A stretch of DNA of 10,734 bases. Source: an uncultured Saprospiraceae bacterium (GTDB lineage: Bacteria; Bacteroidota; Bacteroidia; Chitinophagales; Saprospiraceae). Both the position numbers and the translations under genes were made by a program. The stretch lies in NCBI GenBank assembly GCA_937922815.1, contig CALAJP010000091.1:1-10734 (forward strand), read 5' to 3'. The notes beneath the pieces were generated by a model, which did no database searches, was not told the origin of the DNA, and was given only the letters and a program-made list of their open reading frames with translations. Shown one piece after another: positions 1 through 7,103 of the stretch (position 1 is its first letter; each line of letters opens with the position of its first letter).

Positions 1-265
1 AAGTATTTGGGAATGCTAAAATGACTTAATCTTAAAAATAATTAACAAGCATCAAAAATAAAAAACTTTACTACGCAAAATCAATGCGTACTACTGAATG
101 TATATTTGAATCATCGAAAAGAAAAAGTTCTTTTTGTTTAGAGTGAAGTCTTGTTGAGTGTTTCTGTATAACACCATTGTACAGGTGCCTATTTAAGAAA
201 ATATTGGTTTCTTGTATTCAACTTTACTCAAATTGTTATGAGTTCATATTTGAATTCACTACTAT

Positions 266-290
266 GTAGGTTCGAGTCCTACTACCTAGA
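266..290 (+). pseudogene. tRNA 3' fragment: T-arm GTAGG-TTCGAGT-CCTAC, then 3' acceptor strand TACCTAG and discriminator A. No matching 5' acceptor or D-arm within about 90 nt upstream
   Basis: Canonical GGTTCGAGTCC T-loop motif with a perfect 5-bp T-stem at 266–282, followed by a 7-nt strand. Hand search of 190–265 finds no complementary 5' acceptor or D-arm. Confidence 0.5.
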
Positions 291-291
291 A

Positions 292-336
292 TTAGGTATG
301 GCGGAATTGGTAGACGCTTTTAGATTTAGTTTCTAA
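292..336 (+). pseudogene. tRNA-Leu(TAG)-like 5' half: 5' acceptor TTAGGTA (292–298), U8/G9, D-arm GCGG-AATTGGTAG-ACGC (301–317), anticodon arm TTAGA-TTTAGTT-TCTAA (320–336, anticodon TAG, unusual U at position 37)
   Basis: The GGCGGAATTGGTAGACGC D-arm is the bacterial tRNA-Leu signature. A 5–6 bp anticodon stem carries a 7-nt loop with TAG at positions 34–36. The 5' acceptor pairs 7/7 (one G-U) with the 3' acceptor of the upstream fragment at 283–289. It does not pair with the 3' acceptor after the next T-arm (TAAGACA). Confidence 0.5.
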
Positions 337-345
337 ATAGTAATT

Positions 346-401
346 GGTTAGAGCAACTGTAATTATGCAGTGTGTCGCAGGTTCGATTCCTGCTAAGACA
401 A
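346..401 (+). pseudogene. 3' three-quarters of a second tRNA (X). It starts inside the D-loop (GGTTA) and runs D-stem 3' GAGC, anticodon arm ACTGT-(6-nt loop AATTAT)-GCAGT, variable loop GTGTC, T-arm GCAGG-TTCGATT-CCTGC, 3' acceptor TAAGACA and discriminator A
   Basis: Perfect T-arm at 377–393 with a TTCGATT loop. The framework resembles a class I tRNA, but the anticodon loop is non-canonical (6 nt, or 8 nt with a 4-bp stem). The cognate 5' acceptor and D-stem are missing upstream and appear just downstream instead (403–419). Confidence 0.45.
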
Positions 402-402
402 A

Positions 403-419
403 CGTCTTATAGCTCAGTT
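403..419 (+). pseudogene. 5' fragment of tRNA X: acceptor CGTCTTA, TA, D-stem 5' GCTC, then AGTT (start of D-loop), truncated
   Basis: CGTCTTA pairs 6/7 with the 3' acceptor TAAGACA at 394–400. TAGCTCAGTT is the classic tRNA 5' D-arm start. GCTC complements GAGC at 351–354. Joining AGTT to GGTTAGAGC would rebuild a normal D-loop (AGTTGGTTAGAGC). Confidence 0.35.
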
Positions 420-738
420 TTTCTGTTGAAAACAGAAGTCAGATTTCCATTCTGAATTTATAACAAAATGAAAGAAATAAGTTGTTTTCGGTTTGCAAAC
501 GAATTCATTATTCAATGTAAACAGCTATTTATTTGCCTTGAAAACAATTTAAAAAAGTATTTGAAGCGGCTTAAGTCTTTTGGTTTATCGGGATAGCATT
601 AAACCACTTAGTGTTACGAAGGATTCCAAAACACCTTAGTCTTATCAAACTGCTGAAAATTATTTCCGCTTAAATAAAGAGTGGAAGCAACTTATTGATT
701 TCAATTATCAAAAATTAAAAAATTAAAAATATAAAATC

Positions 739-1839
739 ATGTTCACAATTACATTAAATAGTTACGAGAGGGGATTAGTTTATAAAAACAATGATTTAAT
801 TGACATTTTAGGAGAGGGGACATACTTCAAGCCTTTTAATACTAAAATTAAAAAGTATAATGTGACTGAACTATTTAAATGCAATTTGCCTTGGGAAATT
901 ATAGAAAAAAAAGAATTCTTAATGAAGCGATTAAATGTGGTTGATATTAAGGACAATGAAATAGTCATTGAAAAAAGGAAAGGTAGATTTCATAGAATTT
1001 TAACGGGGGGAAGATACGCTTATTGGAAAGATGCCATATCTCAAACTTTTGATTATTATGATACCGATGAAGCTATTGTTCCAAAGGAATTAATCAATAA
1101 TTCAAGATTAATGAATTCTTTGAAAAGCTATATGATACAGGTAAATGTTTTACCAAATGAAAAAGCACTTTTATATGTCAATGATAAGCTAACTGAAACT
1201 TTGGATGGTGGTGTTTATTATTTTTGGAATAATTCTAATTCTATCAAAATTGAAAGAATAGATGTCCGTCAACAATTGTTAGAAATAGCTGGGCAGGAAT
1301 TATTAACAAAAGACAAAGCTACTTTACGAATTAATTTTGACTTGATGTTTAATATTATTGACATCAATAAGGCATTGGTTGACAATAAAGATTACAAAAA
1401 ACAACTTTATACTTTCGCTCAAATGGCTTTAAGAGAGCATGTAGGAGAAGTTAGTTTGGATGAATTATTAATGAATAAAAAAGTGATTGAAAATTCAGTT
1501 TTAGAATACTTAAAAACTAAAAATGAAAAGCTAGGCGTAGAAGTAAATTTTGCGGGTATTAGAGATATTATTTTACCTGGCGATGTCAAAGAGATAATGA
1601 ATGAAGTCTTAATTGCTCAAAAACAAGCACAAGCTAGAAGCATTTTTAGACGTGAAGAAACAGCCTCTACTCGTAGTTTACTAAATACTGCTAAATTGAT
1701 GGAAGACAATGCGATGCTATTCCGACTTAAAGAAATGGAATATGTTGAGAAAATTTCAGAAAAAATAGGCAAAATAACTCTTTCTGGAAATGGTGGAATG
1801 GTAAAGCAGTTAAACGATATTTTTTGTATAAAAAAATAG
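739..1839 (+). CDS. SPFH/band-7 (slipin-like) family protein, 366 aa. Three N-terminal repeats carrying a G-G-x-Y-x-W-like motif precede an SPFH domain. No obvious transmembrane segment
   Basis: N-terminal ERGLVYKNNDL...GEGTYF resembles the band-7 start (ERGVVFRxG...PGLHF). C-terminal KEIMNEVLIAQKQAQARSIFRREETA...LEYVEKI is the typical stomatin/HflKC coiled region. ATG start, TAG stop at 1837–1839. Confidence 0.7.
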   Translation: MFTITLNSYERGLVYKNNDLIDILGEGTYFKPFNTKIKKYNVTELFKCNLPWEIIEKKEFLMKRLNVVDIKDNEIVIEKRKGRFHRILTGGRYAYWKDAISQTFDYYDTDEAIVPKELINNSRLMNSLKSYMIQVNVLPNEKALLYVNDKLTETLDGGVYYFWNNSNSIKIERIDVRQQLLEIAGQELLTKDKATLRINFDLMFNIIDINKALVDNKDYKKQLYTFAQMALREHVGEVSLDELLMNKKVIENSVLEYLKTKNEKLGVEVNFAGIRDIILPGDVKEIMNEVLIAQKQAQARSIFRREETASTRSLLNTAKLMEDNAMLFRLKEMEYVEKISEKIGKITLSGNGGMVKQLNDIFCIKK

Positions 1840-2003
1840 TAATCAATAAAAAATGAGCATTACAAAAAATACTATTAATACTAAATTCTTCTAACCAGTT
1901 CCTCTTTAATTTCTTTTACTTTGGACTCATCAAGACTATAGTTCCACATCACCAAGATTGCTAAGGTAGTAGTTGGTGACGGAATGATAATGTCTAGTAA
2001 TTA

Positions 2004-2050
2004 CACAAAAAATCCAGTAAAGCTACAAGCTTCACTGGATTAGTTTTCTT
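2004..2050. terminator. Bidirectional intrinsic terminator between convergent genes: hairpin ATCCAGT-AAAGC-(TACAA)-GCTTC-ACTGGAT (2012–2040). CAAAAAA lies upstream on + (a T-run on the minus strand) and TAGTTTTCTTT downstream on +
   Basis: A 7-bp outer stem plus a 4-bp inner stem with one mismatch and a 5-nt loop. U-rich tracts flank it on both strands. It lies between the slipin stop (1839) and the 911-aa gene stop (2070). Confidence 0.55.
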
Positions 2051-2069
2051 TACTGAGACTATTCAATTT

Positions 2070-4805
2070 CTATTCTTTATACAAATAAATATTGTCAATA
2101 TATACTTCATCTACAGTTTGAGCGCCTGAAAGAATAAACTGGGCTAAGTTATTCTTGTCAGCTCCATTGATTGCCATAAAATCTGAAATTGGAATATCAA
2201 TAGAAACCCATTGTCCAGTTTGAGCAACAGGGTTAGTCAAATCTAATGCATTTACTTCTCCACCACCAGCTGCATGGTTAGACCATTTAGGGTTTAATAC
2301 TTGCCCTGCAGCTAAGTCATCTACGATATAATAATCCATGTGGAAATGTGTAAAACTTGATGCATCAAAAGAATTAGAAGAAAAATCAACTCCCCAGAAA
2401 CCACCTGTATCACCTAACAATACTTTTTTAACATTATTTCCACCTGCCATATCATCAGTTACATTAGCATCATCCCAAGATGTTGACCATTCTGAAACAG
2501 TTATATTTGTATAAGCATCACTGTATAATGAAATTACATTAGCAGCATCACGTGCCGGTGGCGTTGGTGCAGCAGTATTTGGAGCAGAACCTGAACCACT
2601 CGTGTCTCCACCACCAGAGTTTCCGCCATCATCATTTAAAAACAAAGAAACATCATCAATATTTACTTGCCCAATAGCAGCACCTAAATCAAAAATAACT
2701 CTACCGTTCGATTCATCAGAAAAATTAACCGTTAGATTTAATTCAAAAGTTTGACGAGTCGTAGTAATAGTTTTTGTTTCAGTTACATTAGCGAAATCGC
2801 CACCACTTCTTCCTATTCCCGCTACAATATCTCTACTCGCTGTTGCTGCATTAGTCCAAGCATCAAAAGATAATTTATACGTAGAGCCTTCAGTTAAAGA
2901 AAGTCCTGTTTGACTCATATTTACATCAAAAGGATTTCCTGCAGCAGCTACATCTACTTGATAATAGGTGTTTCCGTCAGCCATTACTGTTGGTACAGCG
3001 TCTGAACCCACACCAATAGTCCAAGGAGATGCCCCATTTTCAAAATCGCCATTCATTAATAATCCAGAGTCGAAAGAATCACCTCCTCCGTTGTTTCCAT
3101 CATCAGGATTAGAATCACTACCGTCACCTCCTTCTGTCAAAGTAACTTCATCGATAACTACGACTCCAACAGCAGCTCCCATGTCAAAAAGTACTCTACT
3201 ATTAGGAATTCCAAAGTCAGAAGCTGCTAATTGCAAAGTATATTTTGTTAATTCAGTGGAAAGTGTTATCTCTTTTGTGGTGTTAGTCCAAGGAGCTTCA
3301 TTCAATCCAATCCCTGCCAATATTGTTCGTTCTCTATCCGATGAAGCATAAAAAGTCAAGGTGTAATTAGTGCCTTGTATCAATGAAACTACTTGACTCA
3401 AATTAACATCAAAAGCATTTCCTGCTTGTTCTACATTTGCAAGATTAAAACTATTTCCGCCTTCAGTAACAACATCTAATCCATTTCCAATCCAAGGTTC
3501 TGCACCGTTTTCAAAATCACCATTCATTAATAATCCAGAGTCAAAAGAATCACCTCCTCCGTTGTTTCCATCATCAGGGTTATTAGAATCACTGCCGTCA
3601 CCTCCTTCTGTCAAAGCAACTTTATCAATAACGACTGTCCCTACTGCAGCTCCCATATCAAAAATTACTCTACTATTAGGAATTCCAAAGTCTGAAGCTG
3701 CTAATTGTAATGTGTATTTTGTTAATTCAGTGGAAAGCGTTATCTCTTTTGTGGTGTTAGTCCAAGGAGCTTCATTCAATCCAATCCCTGCCAATATTGT
3801 TCGTTCTCTATCCGATGAAGCATAAAAAGTCAAGGTGTAATTAGTGCCTTGCGTCAATGAAACTACTTGACTCAAATTAACATCAAAAGCATTTCCTGCT
3901 TGTTCTACATTTACTAGATTAAAACTATTTCCGCCTTCAGTAACTACATTTAATCCATTTCCAATCCAAGGTTCTGCACCGTTTTCAAAATCGCCATTCA
4001 TTAATAATCCTGAATCAAATTCAGCAACGGGTGTTTCTGTTTGTTGTACATCATCTATATAAAATGTTCCCGCTGTAGTACCCGGCCCATCTACGAACAA
4101 AGTTAATCTTGCGTATTGAGCTGAGTTATTGAAAGTAAAGAACAATTCTTCCCATCCTGTTCCTCCATGGCTTGCCGTTATTTCAATAGCAGCTTCTGTT
4201 CCTTCTTCTAATTTCATTAAAACGTCAACTGCTTTATCAGACCAGAAATTCATTTTAATTGATTTCAAAGTAGTCAAGTCAATGTTTGAACCTAAGTCAA
4301 AAAATAGTCCTTCAAATGCAGCACCACTATTGGTAATAGCACCTACTTGAGAAGCTACATTATTTGAACCTCCAGGAGCAGGGTTATCAACCACTTCAAA
4401 ACTTGCTCCATTAAATAAACTTGGCGTATAATCTACGTTAGCACCGTCGAAAGTCATTGGTAACATAATCTCCTCAGGAAGAGCTATAACAACTTGGTCT
4501 TCGAAAATGTCAGATGCCCCTGCTACATTCGAAGCCGTCAATTTTACGGTATAAGTACCTGTTGGGTACGTTCTTACGGGGTTGATTTCAGTGGAAGTGC
4601 TTCCATCTCCAAAATCCCATTGGTAAGTGTTCGCTTTTTCTGAAGTATTTAGAAAAGTTACAGTACCCGTATTACTATCTAAAGTGTAAGTGAAACCAGC
4701 CTCTACCTGTGGCAAAGAATTATCATCATCTTCATTACACCCAAAAAAGGCGATGGTAATGAAAGACAGAAAAAGTAGTATCGGGGAATTAAATATTTTT
4801 ATCAT
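2070..4805 (-). CDS. Cell-surface lipoprotein, 911 aa. Layout: lipoprotein signal (…AFFGC), PKD domain (aa ~35–108), a beta-sandwich region, three tandem CBM4/9/22-like modules (aa 263–420, 421–577, 578–~735) separated by Gly/Asp/Ser/Asn linkers, then a C-terminal ~165-aa domain shared with the 475-aa protein
   Basis: PKD signature WDFGDGSTS...NPVRTYPTGTYTVKLTASN. Repeats begin DSFDSGLLMNGDFENGAEPW, the CBM_4_9-like start. Cys23 in a lipobox-like context. C-terminal TPPARDAANVISLYSDAYTN...QTGQWVSIDIPI...EVYIDNIYLY aligns with the C-terminus of the 5664–7091 product. Confidence 0.8.
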   Translation of the reverse strand: MIKIFNSPILLFLSFITIAFFGCNEDDDNSLPQVEAGFTYTLDSNTGTVTFLNTSEKANTYQWDFGDGSTSTEINPVRTYPTGTYTVKLTASNVAGASDIFEDQVVIALPEEIMLPMTFDGANVDYTPSLFNGASFEVVDNPAPGGSNNVASQVGAITNSGAAFEGLFFDLGSNIDLTTLKSIKMNFWSDKAVDVLMKLEEGTEAAIEITASHGGTGWEELFFTFNNSAQYARLTLFVDGPGTTAGTFYIDDVQQTETPVAEFDSGLLMNGDFENGAEPWIGNGLNVVTEGGNSFNLVNVEQAGNAFDVNLSQVVSLTQGTNYTLTFYASSDRERTILAGIGLNEAPWTNTTKEITLSTELTKYTLQLAASDFGIPNSRVIFDMGAAVGTVVIDKVALTEGGDGSDSNNPDDGNNGGGDSFDSGLLMNGDFENGAEPWIGNGLDVVTEGGNSFNLANVEQAGNAFDVNLSQVVSLIQGTNYTLTFYASSDRERTILAGIGLNEAPWTNTTKEITLSTELTKYTLQLAASDFGIPNSRVLFDMGAAVGVVVIDEVTLTEGGDGSDSNPDDGNNGGGDSFDSGLLMNGDFENGASPWTIGVGSDAVPTVMADGNTYYQVDVAAAGNPFDVNMSQTGLSLTEGSTYKLSFDAWTNAATASRDIVAGIGRSGGDFANVTETKTITTTRQTFELNLTVNFSDESNGRVIFDLGAAIGQVNIDDVSLFLNDDGGNSGGGDTSGSGSAPNTAAPTPPARDAANVISLYSDAYTNITVSEWSTSWDDANVTDDMAGGNNVKKVLLGDTGGFWGVDFSSNSFDASSFTHFHMDYYIVDDLAAGQVLNPKWSNHAAGGGEVNALDLTNPVAQTGQWVSIDIPISDFMAINGADKNNLAQFILSGAQTVDEVYIDNIYLYKE
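2601..3074 (-). repeat. Third, diverged copy of the same CBM-like module (aa 578–~735). It keeps the DSFDSGLLMNGDFENG start and the VIFDLGAA...IDDVSL end
   Basis: Protein-level similarity to the two upstream units. The DNA repeat is visible at 3040–3075 vs 3515–3545 vs 3985–4019 (CCGTTTTCAAAATC[G/A]CCATTCATTAATAATCC). Confidence 0.6.
3075..4019 (-). repeat. Intragenic tandem direct repeat, two units of about 471 bp (3546–4019 and 3075–3545), encoding CBM-like modules 1 and 2
   Basis: The encoded modules (aa 263–420 vs 421–577) differ at fewer than ten positions. Antisense ORF-track peptides 2968–3351 and 3562–3825 are near-identical over about 80 aa, which shows the DNA units are near-identical. 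Confidence 0.85.
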
Positions 4806-4835
4806 GATAAATTTTTTAGTTTGAATTATTAGAAA

Positions 4836-5645
4836 TTAGTTGTTGTAAACTCGGACATAGTCTACAATCATCGTTTGAGGAAAAACCGTTTCGTCATTTG
4901 GCGAGCCGACAAAATTGCCTCCAATTGCCAGATTCATTAAAATGAAAAATGGTTTATTAAATACCCATTCTCCCGTTACATCTTCGGGCGTAATTTGATT
5001 ATAAAGAACATCATCGACATAATAATTGATATATTCTGGTCCCCATTCAATTCCAAAAACATGGAAACCTGTATCGAATCGGTCATTCTCCAATGTATAT
5101 TCTTTCGAAATTGCTTCTCCGCCACTATACCCTGGTCCATGAACACTGCCAATTAAGACACTGGGGTTTTGACCTCTATATTCCATAATATCAATTTCGC
5201 CACAAGCAGGCCAGCTATTTTCATCAATATCCGCCCCCAACATCCAGAAAGCCGGCCAAATTCCTTGACCGTAAGGCAATTTAATTCTTGCTTCAAATCT
5301 TCCGTACCGTTGTTCGAATAAATCTTTTGTAATTAATCGAGCAGACGTATATGAAGAACCGTTAAAATCTTCTTCTCTTGCTGTGATTAATAATTTTCCA
5401 TTCTGAACCGTTACATTTTCCGTCCTATCAGTATAATATTGAAGTTCATTATTTCCCCAACCGTTAGCTCCAGTTCCAATTTCGTAACCCCAAATAGAAG
5501 AGTTTGGAGTACCATCAGTATCGAATTCATCTTGCATACTGATTTGAGTAAAATTTACTACTTTTTGAGTATCATCATTGCTACAGCTCATTATTAAAGC
5601 CAATAGTAAAGGAATAAAACCAAGTATATTTTTATATTTTTTCAT
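4836..5645 (-). CDS. GH16 family endo-beta-1,3-glucanase (laminarinase-like) lipoprotein
   Basis: GH16 motifs GWGNNELQYYT and the catalytic ExDxxE block GEIDIMEY. Signal peptide MKKYKNILGFIPLLLALIMSC has a lipobox Cys. The ORF track opens at a TTG at 5651 (MNMKK…). The in-frame ATG at 5643–5645 gives a canonical MKKYKN… lipoprotein signal and is the likelier start. Confidence 0.85.
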   Translation of the reverse strand: MKKYKNILGFIPLLLALIMSCSNDDTQKVVNFTQISMQDEFDTDGTPNSSIWGYEIGTGANGWGNNELQYYTDRTENVTVQNGKLLITAREEDFNGSSYTSARLITKDLFEQRYGRFEARIKLPYGQGIWPAFWMLGADIDENSWPACGEIDIMEYRGQNPSVLIGSVHGPGYSGGEAISKEYTLENDRFDTGFHVFGIEWGPEYINYYVDDVLYNQITPEDVTGEWVFNKPFFILMNLAIGGNFVGSPNDETVFPQTMIVDYVRVYNN

Positions 5646-5663
5646 ATTCAATTTTTTAAATTA

Positions 5664-7091
5664 TTAACGGAAATAAAGGTTATCCATCAAGAAATCAATA
5701 TCGCCGACAAAAACGATTTGTGAAATGTTGCTTTTTTGGTTTGTCAAACCTCCCGTCAAAGGAACTTCAATCGTAATCCATTGTCCAGGGGTTAATTGAC
5801 TAGGCGATAAATCCAATCTTGTTTCAGCATCATCTTCTATTGGTTGACCTGTAAAAATATTAGTGTTCAACTCTCCGTTTGTTCCTTGGTCTCTTACCTG
5901 AACTTGGAAATTTCCGTTTGCAACATCATTGGTATAAATATCCAGAAACAAAGAACTTTTTCCCGTAGCATCAATGGTAGGGAACTGAATACCTACAAAA
6001 TTTAGGTTTGAATAGAGTTTAAAATCGTCTCCATTAACAGCAATATCACTAATTTCTGTATTTCCGAAGTCAGCCCTAAATGTTGTTACTGGAACATTAT
6101 CATATTGATTACTGAACAAGGAAATAACCTCAGCAGCAGGTGCTTGAGGTGTAGGAGCAGAAACAATATTTCCCGTTGAAGTTATTTCTAAAGAACCTTT
6201 CGCTTTTACGCCTGCAATTAAAGCAGAAACTTTGGCTGTTCCTTCTCCAACAACTGATATTTCTCCTAAACTCGAAACTTGAACGGCATTTGGATTAGAA
6301 GATGAAAACGTAAAATAAGAAGGTGCTGCAACAACGGTTTGATTCACTCCATTTGCTAAATTATACGTTTGTGTTATTCCAGTTACGTTCAATTCAGAAC
6401 CATTAAATGTCTGTTGAACTAAATCTTGACCACTAAATATAGCAGGTTGAGGTTGCGCTACTGTTCCCAGCTTTTCAAATCTTAATTCATCTACCCAAAA
6501 TGTATAACCAAGTTCATTCACAGAACCCGCAGCATAACGAAACATTCCTCTTTCTCTTACTAATTTTGATGGGTCAGGGATAGGAATAATATATTTTACC
6601 CAATTCGTTGTTAAAGGAACATTCTGTCGGGTGGTAACATATTTATTTTCTCCGAAATCTTCTCCAAATCCCATTTCATTAATCGTAACATTTTGAGAGG
6701 CTTTAGCCCAAAAAGTTAAGGCATCAAAACCTGTCAAATCTCTTCCTGAACCTTCTCCATCTATTCTGAAAATTGCTCCTGCAAAGTTTCCTTCAGGATC
6801 ATCAGCATTAGGAACATCGAATCTCATTGAAGCATCACCTTCATAACTAACTTCATTATCAACAGACCAAGCTGTTGGCTTAGAACCTGGAGGGTTTTCT
6901 GGACTTGGCCCATAAGGGAAGTAAAAAAACGTTCCTAATCCGATGGGGTCATCTGTGAATATATCTCCTGTTGCAGGAAAAGTAGCAAATTCTACCTCGT
7001 CTGATATTTCTCTTTCACAACTGGTAAACACTGCAAAAATACTTGCGAATAATAGTGAAAACCTAAAGTGATTATTTTTTTTGTTTTCCAT
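5664..7091 (-). CDS. Surface glycan-binding-protein-like lipoprotein, 475 aa. N-terminal beta-sandwich region, bacterial Ig-like (Big_2-like) domain at aa ~245–305, C-terminal ~160-aa domain homologous to the 911-aa protein's C-terminus
   Basis: Lipoprotein signal MENKKNNHFRFSLLFASIFAVFTSC. Big_2-like stretch PSYFTFSSSNPNAVQVSSLGEISVVGEGTAKVSALIAGVKAKGSLEIT. C-terminal APTPQAPAAEVISLFSNQYDN...TPGQWITIEVPL...IDFLMDNLYFR parallels TPPARDAANVISLYSDAYTN...TGQWVSIDIPI...VYIDNIYLY. Confidence 0.7.
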   Translation of the reverse strand: MENKKNNHFRFSLLFASIFAVFTSCEREISDEVEFATFPATGDIFTDDPIGLGTFFYFPYGPSPENPPGSKPTAWSVDNEVSYEGDASMRFDVPNADDPEGNFAGAIFRIDGEGSGRDLTGFDALTFWAKASQNVTINEMGFGEDFGENKYVTTRQNVPLTTNWVKYIIPIPDPSKLVRERGMFRYAAGSVNELGYTFWVDELRFEKLGTVAQPQPAIFSGQDLVQQTFNGSELNVTGITQTYNLANGVNQTVVAAPSYFTFSSSNPNAVQVSSLGEISVVGEGTAKVSALIAGVKAKGSLEITSTGNIVSAPTPQAPAAEVISLFSNQYDNVPVTTFRADFGNTEISDIAVNGDDFKLYSNLNFVGIQFPTIDATGKSSLFLDIYTNDVANGNFQVQVRDQGTNGELNTNIFTGQPIEDDAETRLDLSPSQLTPGQWITIEVPLTGGLTNQKSNISQIVFVGDIDFLMDNLYFR

Positions 7092-7103
7092 TTTTATTTT
7101 AAT

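Noticed and set aside
292-401. Reading 292–401 as a single intact type II tRNA-Leu with a long variable arm
   Set aside because: The 5' acceptor (TTAGGTA) does not pair with the 3' strand after the T-arm (TAAGACA). About 40 nt lie between the anticodon arm and the T-arm, far beyond a Leu variable arm. That stretch instead contains D-loop, D-stem and anticodon-arm features of a second tRNA.
491-500. Perfect 10-bp palindrome GTTTGCAAAC upstream of the slipin gene
   Set aside because: Ten-base palindromes are expected several times per 10 kb by chance. The flanks do not extend the symmetry and there is no second half-site.
468-596. 42-codon plus-strand ORF (MKEISCFRFANEFIIQCKQLFICLENNLKKYLKRLKSFGLSG) in the tRNA–slipin intergenic region
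   Set aside because: Open frames of this length are expected by chance at many positions in a 10-kb window. It has no recognisable motif, and there is no clear promoter or RBS context. It is kept only as a note.
780-968. 62-aa minus-strand ORF inside the slipin gene
   Set aside because: It lies wholly antisense within a well-supported CDS. Its product is low-complexity and Ile/Leu/Ser-rich, as expected from the reverse strand of AT-rich coding DNA.
2968-4350. Plus-strand ORFs 2968–3351, 3562–3825 and 4129–4350 inside the 911-aa gene
   Set aside because: They are antisense to a strongly supported CDS. The first two are near-identical only because they overlie the tandem DNA repeat. Their Pro/Ser-rich products are the mirror of the Gly/Asp/Ser linker coding.
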